Positions 45,414 through 54,049 are shown, counted from the first letter of the stretch. The stretch: 64,000 nt of DNA from a virus (IMGVR_UViG_3300020469_000008:138055-202054), one strand, 5' to 3'. The notes: generated by a model from the letters alone, not told the origin. Program-made: numbers and translations.

Positions 45414-45605
45414 ATGCGTTCATTAATGTTGGCAGCAACTTTATCATTAGTTGCTTGTGGAGACAAAGAAGAGGAAGATACTTCAGTTGAAGAAGTCGAA
45501 GAAGTTGAAGAGGTTGAAGAGACCGAAGAAACAGAAGAGACTGGTGAGGCCGAGGAAGAAGAATCTTCTGAGGAATCAGAAGAAGAAACTGGGGGTGAAG
45601 AATGA
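45414..45605 (+). CDS. small Glu-rich lipoprotein
   Basis: Lipobox LVAC followed by EEV/EET repeats. Confidence 0.65.
   Translation: MRSLMLAATLSLVACGDKEEEDTSVEEVEEVEEVEETEETEETGEAEEEESSEESEEETGGEE
45486..45539 (+). repeat. imperfect 9-bp tandem repeat (about 6 units)
   Basis: GTTGAAGAA/GTCGAAGAA/GTTGAAGAG/ACCGAAGAA encoding V/T-E-E. Confidence 0.7.
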
Positions 45606-45844
45606 TTGCATTGATGTTTGCATTTATTCTCGGTTGTGATGACGGAGACACAACAGAAACAACAACGTCAACAACAGGTACAACTGAAACTACTACAGAA
45701 AGTACAAACAGTACAGTTGATAGTAAGACAACACCTGTCAGTAACACAAGTAGTGAAACATCTACTACAAATGTTACTAAAGATGAGACGTCTACTGATG
45801 AATCATCGAAAACACAAGACAATACAGAAACTAATTCTGATTGA
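45602..45844 (+). CDS. small Thr/Ser-rich lipoprotein
   Basis: Lipobox ILGC; low-complexity T/S/E tail. Confidence 0.6.
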   Translation: MIALMFAFILGCDDGDTTETTTSTTGTTETTTESTNSTVDSKTTPVSNTSSETSTTNVTKDETSTDESSKTQDNTETNSD

Positions 45845-45919
45845 ACTTAACAAATGATGTTAGCTGTGGCCCCTAGCGTATAAAAGGGGCACTCTTTAAA
45901 CTTAAACACTAGAGAAACA

Positions 45920-46231
45920 ATGCTATTTCACCAACTACTAGCAATTATCATTTACAGCGGGTGGCATTACGGGAAAGTTTATCATGAAAACCAAAGAGGT
46001 AACATGGACTTTCAACAAGCACTAAGCAAGGTTATATTAATCCTGCTTATGTCTTATCTGTTATATGCAAAAACTATTTTGTTTTTTGCAATAACATTTA
46101 GTAAGTTTTTGTATGATATACTCTTGATTTTTATTTCACCCCCACCCTCAATTCTACTTCCTAAAAACAAAGAAAACTTATTTGACGCAATGATTGGCTT
46201 AGCCTGTTGTGTTCTTTACATCATAGGATGA
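45920..46231 (+). CDS. multi-TM membrane protein
   Basis: Several hydrophobic helices. Confidence 0.55.
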   Translation: MLFHQLLAIIIYSGWHYGKVYHENQRGNMDFQQALSKVILILLMSYLLYAKTILFFAITFSKFLYDILLIFISPPPSILLPKNKENLFDAMIGLACCVLYIIG

Positions 46232-46235
46232 AAGT

Positions 46236-46541
46236 ATGGCACAAGTAATAGACTTAACTTCTGAAATTAGCAAAAGACGATTGCAAAAAATTAAATCAGA
46301 GTTAGAGATTGAACTACAAAGATTAGACTTTGATATTGAAAAAGAGCTAAATAGATATGTAATTTTTGATACTTCTAATTATTATGAACTATTACATGAA
46401 GGAAAAAAGGAGGAAGTGTCTTATGAAAAGGCAATGAAATTATTATTAACAGCCTTTGATATGTTGGTAAAATTAAATAAAGAAGAGGCAGCAATCGAGG
46501 TTGAAAACACAATAACACGTTTAGAAAACAATAGTTACTAG
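46236..46541 (+). CDS. hypothetical protein
   Basis: 101-aa helical ORF. Confidence 0.55.
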   Translation: MAQVIDLTSEISKRRLQKIKSELEIELQRLDFDIEKELNRYVIFDTSNYYELLHEGKKEEVSYEKAMKLLLTAFDMLVKLNKEEAAIEVENTITRLENNSY

Positions 46542-46550
46542 GAGTAAGAT

Positions 46551-46781
46551 ATGGCAATTAAGCTTAAAGATAGAGTTAAACTTCAGAATAGAAATGACAA
46601 AAAAGACGAAGGGTTAGTTGTAAAAGTTTACAAGAATCGAAATGGTTCAATTAAGACAGCAGGTGTACTATGGGACAGTGATTGGCCGAGAGCAGTACAG
46701 CATAATCCTAGGCTTCAACCAGGGAGGGTTTTCTACTATAAACCTGAAGATCTTAAGATTGTTGGAAGCTGGAGAATATAA
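46551..46781 (+). CDS. small SH3/KOW-like protein
   Basis: KLKDRVKL...EGLVVKV...VLW; SD AGGAG. Confidence 0.55.
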   Translation: MAIKLKDRVKLQNRNDKKDEGLVVKVYKNRNGSIKTAGVLWDSDWPRAVQHNPRLQPGRVFYYKPEDLKIVGSWRI

Positions 46782-47044
46782 TGAGTAACGACGGTGGTGG
46801 TGGTAGATATGATGGAGACGATAAGATAATTGACATAACTGACTTTGTCAATAAAAAGACAGACGAAGAAATAGAGATTGAAGAATTTACTAACCACTTT
46901 GTCAATATGTTTAATCGTGGAATCATAGAAAGACAACGTGAAGAAGCAAGAAAACAATTTATAAACTTTATGATAAATTTCTTACTTTGCTCACAGATAG
47001 CCATTACCGTCGCAATCTGTTTTATCATAGCAAAAATCTACTAG
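46781..47044 (+). CDS. small membrane protein
   Basis: TAATG coupling; C-terminal TM. Confidence 0.55.
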   Translation: MSNDGGGGRYDGDDKIIDITDFVNKKTDEEIEIEEFTNHFVNMFNRGIIERQREEARKQFINFMINFLLCSQIAITVAICFIIAKIY

Positions 47045-47092
47045 ATTTATGCACTGCCGGGAGATAGTTATAGTCGTTAAGGGAGAACTAAG

Positions 47093-47731
47093 ATGACTGT
47101 ACTATCTCGCGCTTTTATACGTAGAATGATCATTCAAGAAATGAGAAAGCCTCCGCTCTCAAGTGGTTTAACTTTTGATGATGAAGACTCAACAATCAAT
47201 ATTGATGATGATACTGAGATCGATGATATCCCAAGTTTCATGGGTGATGATGAAGATATCGAAGATTTAGCAGCTTTCGACGCGCTTGCCAATGCCCAAG
47301 GTATAGATCAAACTTTATATCGGGATAATCCTGATTATAGAGCGAGTATTGATGATTTTGGATTCGATGATACTGATGATGATGATGACTTTGAGTTTGA
47401 GTTTGAGTCAGAAACAGAGGAAGATTCAGAGTCAGAAACAGAATATAACCCAGGACGTCAAGTGATGGATATGTCTGGCGATGAAATTAGAAGACATGTA
47501 ATGAGTCAAGCTGATAAATTGTCACCGGACATGCGTGCAAGAGACATGAGGACACGAGCACAAATGCAATACGATGATTTAGTAAAGCAGGGTAGAGAAA
47601 GCGAAATGGATGATCCAGAATTTATGGACACTGCAGAATTACCTCCGTACAATATGCGTAGGAAAAAATTAAAGGAAAGCATCGCTAGAAACATCAGACA
47701 ATCAATAAGAAAGAGATTACTCTTATTATGA
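47093..47731 (+). CDS. acidic protein with leader-like helices at both ends
   Basis: MTVLSRAFIRRMIIQEM ... KLKESIARNIRQSIRKRL. Confidence 0.6.
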   Translation: MTVLSRAFIRRMIIQEMRKPPLSSGLTFDDEDSTINIDDDTEIDDIPSFMGDDEDIEDLAAFDALANAQGIDQTLYRDNPDYRASIDDFGFDDTDDDDDFEFEFESETEEDSESETEYNPGRQVMDMSGDEIRRHVMSQADKLSPDMRARDMRTRAQMQYDDLVKQGRESEMDDPEFMDTAELPPYNMRRKKLKESIARNIRQSIRKRLLLL

Positions 47732-47985
47732 CAGTAATACCACGTGGTGATTACAATCCTGAAATAGATATCGTTGAAGGTGACCTAGTTACTGTTAATT
47801 GGGATGAGTCAAACGATTTAGGGATTGTTTTAAAAGTTGCGTTGGAAGTAAGAAATAACGATCATCTGTGTCCTTCTGAAGAATTTTTAGTTGCTGAAGT
47901 CTACATATGTGGACATGTTTTTGTATTTGATGAAGATGAAATAACGATCATTGAAAAGTGTAATATTCATAAAACTTGTATATAA
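47728..47985 (+). CDS. small SH3/KOW-like protein
   Basis: EGDLVTV...LGIVLKV. Confidence 0.5.
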   Translation: MTVIPRGDYNPEIDIVEGDLVTVNWDESNDLGIVLKVALEVRNNDHLCPSEEFLVAEVYICGHVFVFDEDEITIIEKCNIHKTCI

Positions 47986-47986
47986 T
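47958..47986 (+). promoter_or_regulatory. phage promoter GTGTAA-N17-TATAAT
   Basis: Repeated motif inside the end of the upstream ORF. Confidence 0.6.
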
Positions 47987-48005
47987 AAGAATACAAGGAG
48001 AGAAT

Positions 48006-48344
48006 ATGGTTAGTTTTTACGTAGGTGATTATACACCTCAACCTGGGCAGCTTTGTCGCACATTTAAAGGAAAAGATAGTGTATATCCGTTGTCTCAAGA
48101 CGTCAACACTTTAATTTCTGACCCACTATCTCCTGGCGAACTTATCTTAATTACAAAAGTTGAGCATCGTAAAGAGTTTTCTTCTTTTTACGTCGAATTT
48201 ATGCGTGACAATAGATTGTTCTACACTTACTTTTATGAACAAGTAGTATGTTTCATACAAGATAACGATAGTGAAGAAATTATTAAAATCGATGAGAAAG
48301 AAAGAACATCAACTTTTGATTATCCTTGGGTGATATGTGAATAG
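48006..48344 (+). CDS. hypothetical protein
   Basis: ATG 48006 after AAGGAG. Confidence 0.55.
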   Translation: MVSFYVGDYTPQPGQLCRTFKGKDSVYPLSQDVNTLISDPLSPGELILITKVEHRKEFSSFYVEFMRDNRLFYTYFYEQVVCFIQDNDSEEIIKIDEKERTSTFDYPWVICE

Positions 48345-48603
48345 AAATTGGAAGGTATACATAGTTGAATGTGCAGATGGTAGCTATTACACTGGTATAA
48401 CAACAGACACACAAAGAAGACTACTTGAACACAATTACAGTTTTAAGTCTGCTAAATATACACGTAGTCGGCGCCCTGTAAGATTGGTATATCAAGAATC
48501 TGTATTAAATAGAAGTGAAGCTTCGAAAAGAGAATACGCAATAAAGAAAATGAAAAGAGAAAATAAAACTAGATTAATTAGAAGCGATAAAAATGAATTG
48601 TAA
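48337..48603 (+). CDS. GIY-YIG nuclease (YhbQ/UPF0213-like)
   Basis: VYIVECADGSYYTGITTD..RR..EHN...EA.KRE..IK. Confidence 0.88.
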   Translation: MNRNWKVYIVECADGSYYTGITTDTQRRLLEHNYSFKSAKYTRSRRPVRLVYQESVLNRSEASKREYAIKKMKRENKTRLIRSDKNEL

Positions 48604-49003
48604 AAATATTGTTTGGCAATATGTGTCTCGTGCTCTCAACGAAAAGTTCTGGGGTAACAAAGTAAGGGACATCCCGGTTTTCTTAAAACCGCTAGGAGAA
48701 GATCATTTAGGTGATTTTAGATTTACTCCTTTTGGTCTAAATTCTATAATACTATCAAACAATGCTGGTCTGTCTACAAAAGAAATGGTGGGAGTGCTAG
48801 CACACGAAATGACACATCAGTGGGTTTTTCAAAATTACGGCTGTGATGTAGAAGAACACGGTGAAGAGTGGATGACAGAAATCTTAAGAATAGGTTTTGA
48901 TGAAGAAAATTTAGATGGGCTCACATTTTGTGACGATAATTTATTTAATTCGCTAATGTTACGACACGATAAGCTGATCAATGAGTCTGAAAGAAGTATT
49001 TAA
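48593..49003 (+). CDS. SprT-like zinc metalloprotease domain protein
   Basis: VLAHEMTH ... HGEEW. Confidence 0.75.
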   Translation: MNCKNIVWQYVSRALNEKFWGNKVRDIPVFLKPLGEDHLGDFRFTPFGLNSIILSNNAGLSTKEMVGVLAHEMTHQWVFQNYGCDVEEHGEEWMTEILRIGFDEENLDGLTFCDDNLFNSLMLRHDKLINESERSI

Positions 49004-49166
49004 TTTTAAGCCAGGTGACTTAGTAAAAAAATCACGAGGGCATCATAAAGGAAAATCCGGGATTATTTTAGAGGTAAATACAAACAGCTTAGGAAACACG
49101 ATAGTTATAGTTTTATCAGACCGTTTAGTTAGAAAATGGTATGCAAATTTTGTGGAGTATATATGA
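48981..49166 (+). CDS. MKxGDLV-family small KOW/SH3-like protein
   Basis: FKPGDLVK...GKSGIILEV. Confidence 0.65.
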   Translation: MSLKEVFNFKPGDLVKKSRGHHKGKSGIILEVNTNSLGNTIVIVLSDRLVRKWYANFVEYI

Positions 49167-49336
49167 AAAAATCAGATTTAGTTGTTGTTAAGGATGGTCA
49201 TAAAAGTGAAGGACAGATTGGCGTAATAATAGAGATATCAAAAGGCTTAGCTAACGTCTATTGGCATAGCGGCAAAGTTTATTGGATTGAAACAAAATTG
49301 CTTGAAGTGATTAATAATAAAAAAGGTGACATGTGA
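49163..49336 (+). CDS. MKxGDLV-family small protein
   Basis: MKKSDLVVV...IGVIIEI...LLEVI. Confidence 0.6.
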   Translation: MKKSDLVVVKDGHKSEGQIGVIIEISKGLANVYWHSGKVYWIETKLLEVINNKKGDM

Positions 49337-49533
49337 AACCGGGTGATTTAGTTAAATGGACATTTGCAAAGACGTCAAATGTATACAATCAAAAAAATAT
49401 ATCTTATATGGGCATTTTGTTGCATCCAGAAATCCTACCCGCAAATAGCTGGTCAATATTACTATCTGACGGGAAAATTGTTCATGGTGACGAATCAGAA
49501 ATAGAGGTTATAAGAGAAAGTGAAAGTAGGTGA
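49333..49533 (+). CDS. MKxGDLV-family small protein
   Basis: MKPGDLVKW...IEVIRESESR. Confidence 0.65.
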   Translation: MKPGDLVKWTFAKTSNVYNQKNISYMGILLHPEILPANSWSILLSDGKIVHGDESEIEVIRESESR

Positions 49534-49696
49534 TTTAGTAATAGTAAATGAAGCACATTGGCGAACACCCGGTAAGATGGGAATAATAGTCAGAGATCTA
49601 TTCGACAAGGGCAATGCATTCAAAGTCTTGTTTTCAGACGGGAAAATGTCTTCGAAACTTAGAAAGAACCTTGAGGTGTTAAGTGAAAGTAGGTGA
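49520..49696 (+). CDS. MKxGDLV-family small protein (58 aa, not in track)
   Basis: GTG start; MKVGDLVIVNEAHWRTPGKMGIIV...LEVLSESR. Confidence 0.65.
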   Translation: MKVGDLVIVNEAHWRTPGKMGIIVRDLFDKGNAFKVLFSDGKMSSKLRKNLEVLSESR

Positions 49697-49703
49697 TTTA
49701 GTA
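49673..49703 (+). repeat. 31-bp gene-junction direct repeat
   Basis: GAGGTGTTAAGTGAAAGTAGGTGATTTAGTA; 30/31 identical at 49845-49875; 3' 21 bp identical at 49520-49540. Confidence 0.85.
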
Positions 49704-49868
49704 CAACACAAAAAAGACAAAATCAGAGGAGGGTATGGGTATATACTGAAAATGCAATACTCTGTTTATCCGGATCATCCACCTTGGGTTACCTGTTACT
49801 GGCCAAGCTGGAATAGAACAACACGAGGACTAGCAGTACATATAGAGGTGTTAAGTGAAAGTCGGTGA
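49683..49868 (+). CDS. MKxGDLV-family small protein
   Basis: MKVGDLVQH...IEVLSESR. Confidence 0.65.
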   Translation: MKVGDLVQHKKDKIRGGYGYILKMQYSVYPDHPPWVTCYWPSWNRTTRGLAVHIEVLSESR

Positions 49869-50058
49869 TTTAGTAATGCACAAGAAGAAGAAAGACCAAG
49901 AAGTTGACCACCGCAGTGATTGGGGATTTGGATACATAATTGAAGTGCATCGAACGATGTATAAAAATCACGTACCGTTTGTATCAGTATTCTGGCCATC
50001 GTGGAAAAAGACAACAAAAGGGTCACAAGTGTATTTAGAGGTGGTAAATGAGAATTGA
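49855..50058 (+). CDS. MKxGDLV-family small protein
   Basis: MKVGDLVMH...LEVVNEN. Confidence 0.65.
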   Translation: MKVGDLVMHKKKKDQEVDHRSDWGFGYIIEVHRTMYKNHVPFVSVFWPSWKKTTKGSQVYLEVVNEN

Positions 50059-51070
50059 AAACGAAATAAAGTTAGACTATAAGGATGTGCTTATTCGTCC
50101 AAAACGTAGTACACTTAAAAGCAGGAAACAGGTCGATCTGATAAGAGACTACACGTTTCGAAATAGTGGCAACTTCTGGTCTGGCGTGCCAATCATGGCA
50201 GCGAATATGGACGGAGTAGGTACATTTAATATGGCATACGAATTATCACGCGCGCAGATGTTTGCATGTATTACAAAGCAAAACACACCTGGAGATTGGT
50301 ACAATCAATTTGCTAAAATGGATAGAGACCATCTTGCAATTAGTGTAGGTACAAACAAAGAAGAATACAAGAAAGCACAAGAGATAATTGCAACTTGCAA
50401 TCTTAAATGGATTTGCATCGATATAGCGAATGGCTACTCAGAACACTTCGTTGACTTTGTACGCAAGGTTAGAAGCGACTATCCTAGCATGACCATTATC
50501 GCAGGCAATGTTGTGACTGCAGACATGACACAGGAGCTTATTCTCGCAGGTGCTGATATTGTCAAGGTGGGAATTGGACCTGGTTCTGTATGTACTACAC
50601 GAATACAAACTGGTGTGGGATATCCTCAGCTTTCTGCAGTCATAGAATGTGCTGATGCTGCACACGGATTGGGTGGTCACATCATTGCAGATGGTGGGTG
50701 CACATGTCCTGGAGACGTGGCTAAAGCGTTCGGTGCCGGTGCCGACTTTGTAATGTTAGGAGGTATGTTAGCGGGTCATGATGAAGGCGGTGGTGTTGTT
50801 AAGATAAAATCAAAAACAGTTCAGTTTTATGGTATGAGTTCTGACACTGCAATGAACAAACATTCCGGAGGAGTTGCAGATTATAGATCATCTGAAGGTC
50901 GGACTGTTGAAGTGAAATATAAGGGACAAGTAGCGAATACTGTCAAGGATATACTAGGCGGATTACGCTCTACTTGCACATATGTTGGTGCACCCTCTCT
51001 AAAACAACTAAGCAAGTGCACAACATTCGTCAGGTGCACACAACAATTTAATGGAGTATTCGTAAAATGA
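50048..51070 (+). CDS. guaC: GMP reductase
   Basis: [49 protein letters not shown]. Confidence 0.95.
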   Translation: MRIENEIKLDYKDVLIRPKRSTLKSRKQVDLIRDYTFRNSGNFWSGVPIMAANMDGVGTFNMAYELSRAQMFACITKQNTPGDWYNQFAKMDRDHLAISVGTNKEEYKKAQEIIATCNLKWICIDIANGYSEHFVDFVRKVRSDYPSMTIIAGNVVTADMTQELILAGADIVKVGIGPGSVCTTRIQTGVGYPQLSAVIECADAAHGLGGHIIADGGCTCPGDVAKAFGAGADFVMLGGMLAGHDEGGGVVKIKSKTVQFYGMSSDTAMNKHSGGVADYRSSEGRTVEVKYKGQVANTVKDILGGLRSTCTYVGAPSLKQLSKCTTFVRCTQQFNGVFVK

Positions 51071-51168
51071 TTAAGAAATTTTTTAGATATGTAGCAGACA
51101 TTTTTATTGGCGGCCGGTGTTGTTCGAAAGAATGTGGCTGCTGGAATTCAGGTTTAGAGGAATAACAA

Positions 51169-51399
51169 ATGAAAAAAGGTGACTTAGTAAAGTTCAACGA
51201 TCAATGCAAACACCTAGGCTTGTTTGGGACAATTACATGCGACCCATATAGTAAAGCAATTTGGGGTGATCACCCAGAAGATATAGAAATTGCATCTATG
51301 ATAAGTGTGTTATTCGGCCCGGGTTTTGGTGAAAGTACAGGGAAGATTCAAACATTCAGATATTCGCACTTAAAAAGAATTGCGAGTATTGTTCGGTGA
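51169..51399 (+). CDS. MKxGDLV-family small protein
   Basis: MKKGDLVKF. Confidence 0.6.
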   Translation: MKKGDLVKFNDQCKHLGLFGTITCDPYSKAIWGDHPEDIEIASMISVLFGPGFGESTGKIQTFRYSHLKRIASIVR

Positions 51400-51563
51400 G
51401 TGCTGGCACCTTAGTTCGTTTTGTTGCGACTGGTGAGTATGGCATTTTGTTAGATCAAGAGCTCGATGAAAATATGCAACTTTTCTGTAGTGTTTTGACA
51501 CCAAACCCGGGATACAAATACGCATTTTGGGATGAGTTGGAGATGATTGATGTGTGTGGGTGA
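51396..51563 (+). CDS. MKxGDLV-like small protein (55 aa, not in track)
   Basis: GTGA overlap; MSAGTLVRF...YGILL...ELEMI. Confidence 0.5.
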   Translation: MSAGTLVRFVATGEYGILLDQELDENMQLFCSVLTPNPGYKYAFWDELEMIDVCG

Positions 51564-51750
51564 CTTGGTAAAAATAAAGACACATTATTCTGAAGCATGG
51601 ATTGAGTATAATTCTAGACTGAATGATGGTGTAACTGGAGAAATAGGAATGATATTGTGTATTGCAAAAATAGGCAAGTCCCTAGACGCCAAAGTTTTGT
51701 GGCCCTCAGGTATGACTTGGGTCGACAAAGCTAATCTGGAGTTAGCGTGA
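51550..51750 (+). CDS. MKxGDLV-family small protein
   Basis: MCVGDLVKI...IGMIL...VLW. Confidence 0.6.
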   Translation: MCVGDLVKIKTHYSEAWIEYNSRLNDGVTGEIGMILCIAKIGKSLDAKVLWPSGMTWVDKANLELA

Positions 51751-51959
51751 AAATAGGAGACTTAGTTAAGTGGGTTGGTTTTCCAGGCGCAACAGCGAAG
51801 CCAGAAGAAAAATATGGTATAATAATCAGTAAGAGGTATATGCACAACCCAGAAAATACGGACAGAATTAATGTTCTTTGGTCCGGCGGAACAATAGGTA
51901 AAAGTTTATATCAAGAAACAGTTGAGGTGGTAAGTGACGACAGTAAAAATAATAGATAA
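51747..51959 (+). CDS. MKxGDLV-family small protein
   Basis: MKIGDLVKW...YGIII...VEVVS. Confidence 0.65.
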   Translation: MKIGDLVKWVGFPGATAKPEEKYGIIISKRYMHNPENTDRINVLWSGGTIGKSLYQETVEVVSDDSKNNR

Positions 51960-52116
51960 CGTAGGTTACATAAAGAAAGATTCGATCGGCCGCGGCTTTG
52001 GTGCTTGGAGCCGTGCTGCAAAAATAAGAGATACACTTAAACTCTCAGGTATGCCTATATCTTTACCCGAAGGACAATGGCGCAGTTTAACTGCAGATAG
52101 AATTGAGGATGTATAA
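51934..52116 (+). CDS. hypothetical protein
   Basis: GTG after GAGGTGG. Confidence 0.5.
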   Translation: MTTVKIIDNVGYIKKDSIGRGFGAWSRAAKIRDTLKLSGMPISLPEGQWRSLTADRIEDV

Positions 52117-52118
52117 TT

Positions 52119-52319
52119 ATGAAAGCAGGTGACTTAGTAAGATATAAGTCTGGGACAATTTGGAATGCTGAGGATTTATTTATCGTTCTCAAGGTTTCAA
52201 GTCATAAGAAAATATGGCATAGAAGAATATGGTTGTACAACAGGCACGTTGATAATGGGTCAATAGTAGTTAGTTGGGATGAAAGAGAAATAATGGAGGT
52301 AATAAGTGAAGCAGATTAA
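52119..52319 (+). CDS. MKxGDLV-family small protein
   Basis: MKAGDLVRY...MEVISE. Confidence 0.65.
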   Translation: MKAGDLVRYKSGTIWNAEDLFIVLKVSSHKKIWHRRIWLYNRHVDNGSIVVSWDEREIMEVISEAD

Positions 52320-52479
52320 GATAGATAGTATAATAGAGAAAGACGGTATTATTGGTTATGTAATGGATATATTTGATGATACTGCATATGTCTGGTGGAA
52401 TGCTCCTGGCAGGTACAGGATTGAACCACACAAATTATCAACGCTGAGGCTGTACAAAAATGAAAAGACTAGAGTTTAG
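52306..52479 (+). CDS. small SH3-like protein (57 aa, not in track)
   Basis: GTG after GGAGG; IGYVMDI...AYVWW. Confidence 0.5.
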   Translation: MKQIKIDSIIEKDGIIGYVMDIFDDTAYVWWNAPGRYRIEPHKLSTLRLYKNEKTRV

Positions 52480-52825
52480 ATACTTGGTGTGTTCACCGAA
52501 CTTAAATGCACACGGTACATTACACGGAGGTGAATTATTAAGATGGATTGACGAAAGTGCCGGTATGCATGCAAGAAAGCTTACACGGCGAGTTTGTGTC
52601 ACACGATTCATTGATAAAGTTGACTTCATATCAACCGCTCGTTCAGGAGACATTATCCACATTGTAACGACCTTAGAACACACAGGTTCTACTTCGCTTA
52701 CTTACCGTGTAGAAGCGAAGGAAGAGATATCTTGCAGGAAAGTTGCTTCAATTGGTCGCATTGTTTTCGTTGCAATTGACGATCAAGGTCAACCCGTACC
52801 TCATAGCGTGACTGTTGATGATTAA
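52460..52825 (+). CDS. acyl-CoA thioesterase (hotdog fold, YciA-like)
   Basis: LNAHGTLHGGELLRWIDESAG, DKVDF, GD...HTGSTS. Confidence 0.85.
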   Translation: MKRLEFRYLVCSPNLNAHGTLHGGELLRWIDESAGMHARKLTRRVCVTRFIDKVDFISTARSGDIIHIVTTLEHTGSTSLTYRVEAKEEISCRKVASIGRIVFVAIDDQGQPVPHSVTVDD

Positions 52826-53084
52826 AACAGGCGACTTAGTGATGTTAGCCGATGATAAGTGGGTAGTACCGGGTGCACTCACAGCACTTAAGTACTTTCA
52901 ACGTTTACGCGACATCTATGGCGGAAAACCAATGATTGTATTAGAGGTCAGAGACAAACCAAAAATACAGCATGTTCTTACGGAGAGTGTAGCAGGTTTA
53001 GACAAAACCATCGTTGTAATGGTTGAAGGGCACAAGCAGATTTTTACATCTTCATTACTTAAGGTAGTCAATGAAAAAGGGTGA
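52818..53084 (+). CDS. MKxGDLV-family small protein
   Basis: MIKTGDLVM...LKVVNEKG. Confidence 0.6.
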   Translation: MIKTGDLVMLADDKWVVPGALTALKYFQRLRDIYGGKPMIVLEVRDKPKIQHVLTESVAGLDKTIVVMVEGHKQIFTSSLLKVVNEKG

Positions 53085-53274
53085 TCTAATTTGGTTTGCC
53101 TGCTCAGTTGATACGCGTACAAACAAAGTAATGGATTGGGGGTTAGGTATACTTCTAGAATATTCTACAATGCAGAAAACTGGGACAGTTCTTTACAATG
53201 GTAATCTCCGGCGCGTCAGAGGTGAGTATCTTAAAACAGTAGGAAAAAACCCGCTTGAAAACTGGACAGCGTAA
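53071..53274 (+). CDS. MKxGDLV-family small protein
   Basis: MKKGDLIWF...LGILLE. Confidence 0.6.
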   Translation: MKKGDLIWFACSVDTRTNKVMDWGLGILLEYSTMQKTGTVLYNGNLRRVRGEYLKTVGKNPLENWTA

Positions 53275-53299
53275 TGTATCTCGCGCCCGCGTATGCGCG
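53272..53299 (+). repeat. GC-rich 28-bp direct repeat, copy 1
   Basis: TAATGTATCTCGCGCCCGCGTATGCGCG; 26/28 identical to 55431-55458. Confidence 0.85.
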
Positions 53300-53318
53300 T
53301 AAGCGCGCAGGACAAAAA

Positions 53319-53347
53319 GTGTAACATGACTTTCTGTATTATATACT
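53319..53347 (+). promoter_or_regulatory. phage promoter GTGTAA-N17-TATACT
   Basis: Repeated motif. Confidence 0.75.
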
Positions 53348-53371
53348 ATAAACAACCAACCAGGAGATACA

Positions 53372-53842
53372 ATGGAATACGCAGGCAAAAGAAGAAGAGC
53401 TATCTTAGACAAGGTAAAGGCACAATTGCGCGAAGAATCTGAAGCCCAACTTTTGGATGGGATGGACTTCAACAACTGGAATGAGGCATTCGACATGTTG
53501 AACACACAGTTCTGGAATGGTAGTTTACCAAAGATTCCAGTGACTACCGAAGCAACAAAGAAAGCACAGTACGGATGGTATGGATATAAAGGATACATAA
53601 AGTTAAGCGCTAACAAAGGACTGTCACCTCTCCAAATGTTAGGAGTTTTACTGCATGAGATGTGTCATCACTATGTTGAGGTAACATACAAACACGGGTA
53701 TTCAGCTGCAGCAGGTGGCAAGCGAGTCATCGGTCACGGAAAGGAATGGAAAGCTGAAATGAGACGCGTGGGATACCTAGGCAAGATTACTCGATATACT
53801 GGAAAAGAAAGATTCACAGGAGTGTCACGATGGCAACAGTAA
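53372..53842 (+). CDS. SprT-like zinc metalloprotease domain protein
   Basis: FDMLNTQFWNGSLP, VLLHEMCH, HGKEWKAEM. Confidence 0.8.
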   Translation: MEYAGKRRRAILDKVKAQLREESEAQLLDGMDFNNWNEAFDMLNTQFWNGSLPKIPVTTEATKKAQYGWYGYKGYIKLSANKGLSPLQMLGVLLHEMCHHYVEVTYKHGYSAAAGGKRVIGHGKEWKAEMRRVGYLGKITRYTGKERFTGVSRWQQ

Positions 53843-54048
53843 AGAAAGTCGAAGAAAAGCTAACACAACACAGTCGGACAGGTGCCAACACATATATGAT
53901 CCCTTCAAAGAATATGGATAATTGGTACAAGGATGAGTTGTTGTTTGTAAGGAAAGTAGAGGCAGGTTGCGCAGTCGTCTTTCGTTCAATGGATGGTAAA
54001 CTTTATTCTTTGAATGATAAGATGTTACTAAACTTTAAGTTGTTGTAA
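53830..54048 (+). CDS. hypothetical protein
   Basis: 72-aa ORF. Confidence 0.5.
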   Translation: MATVKKVEEKLTQHSRTGANTYMIPSKNMDNWYKDELLFVRKVEAGCAVVFRSMDGKLYSLNDKMLLNFKLL

Positions 54049-54049
54049 A

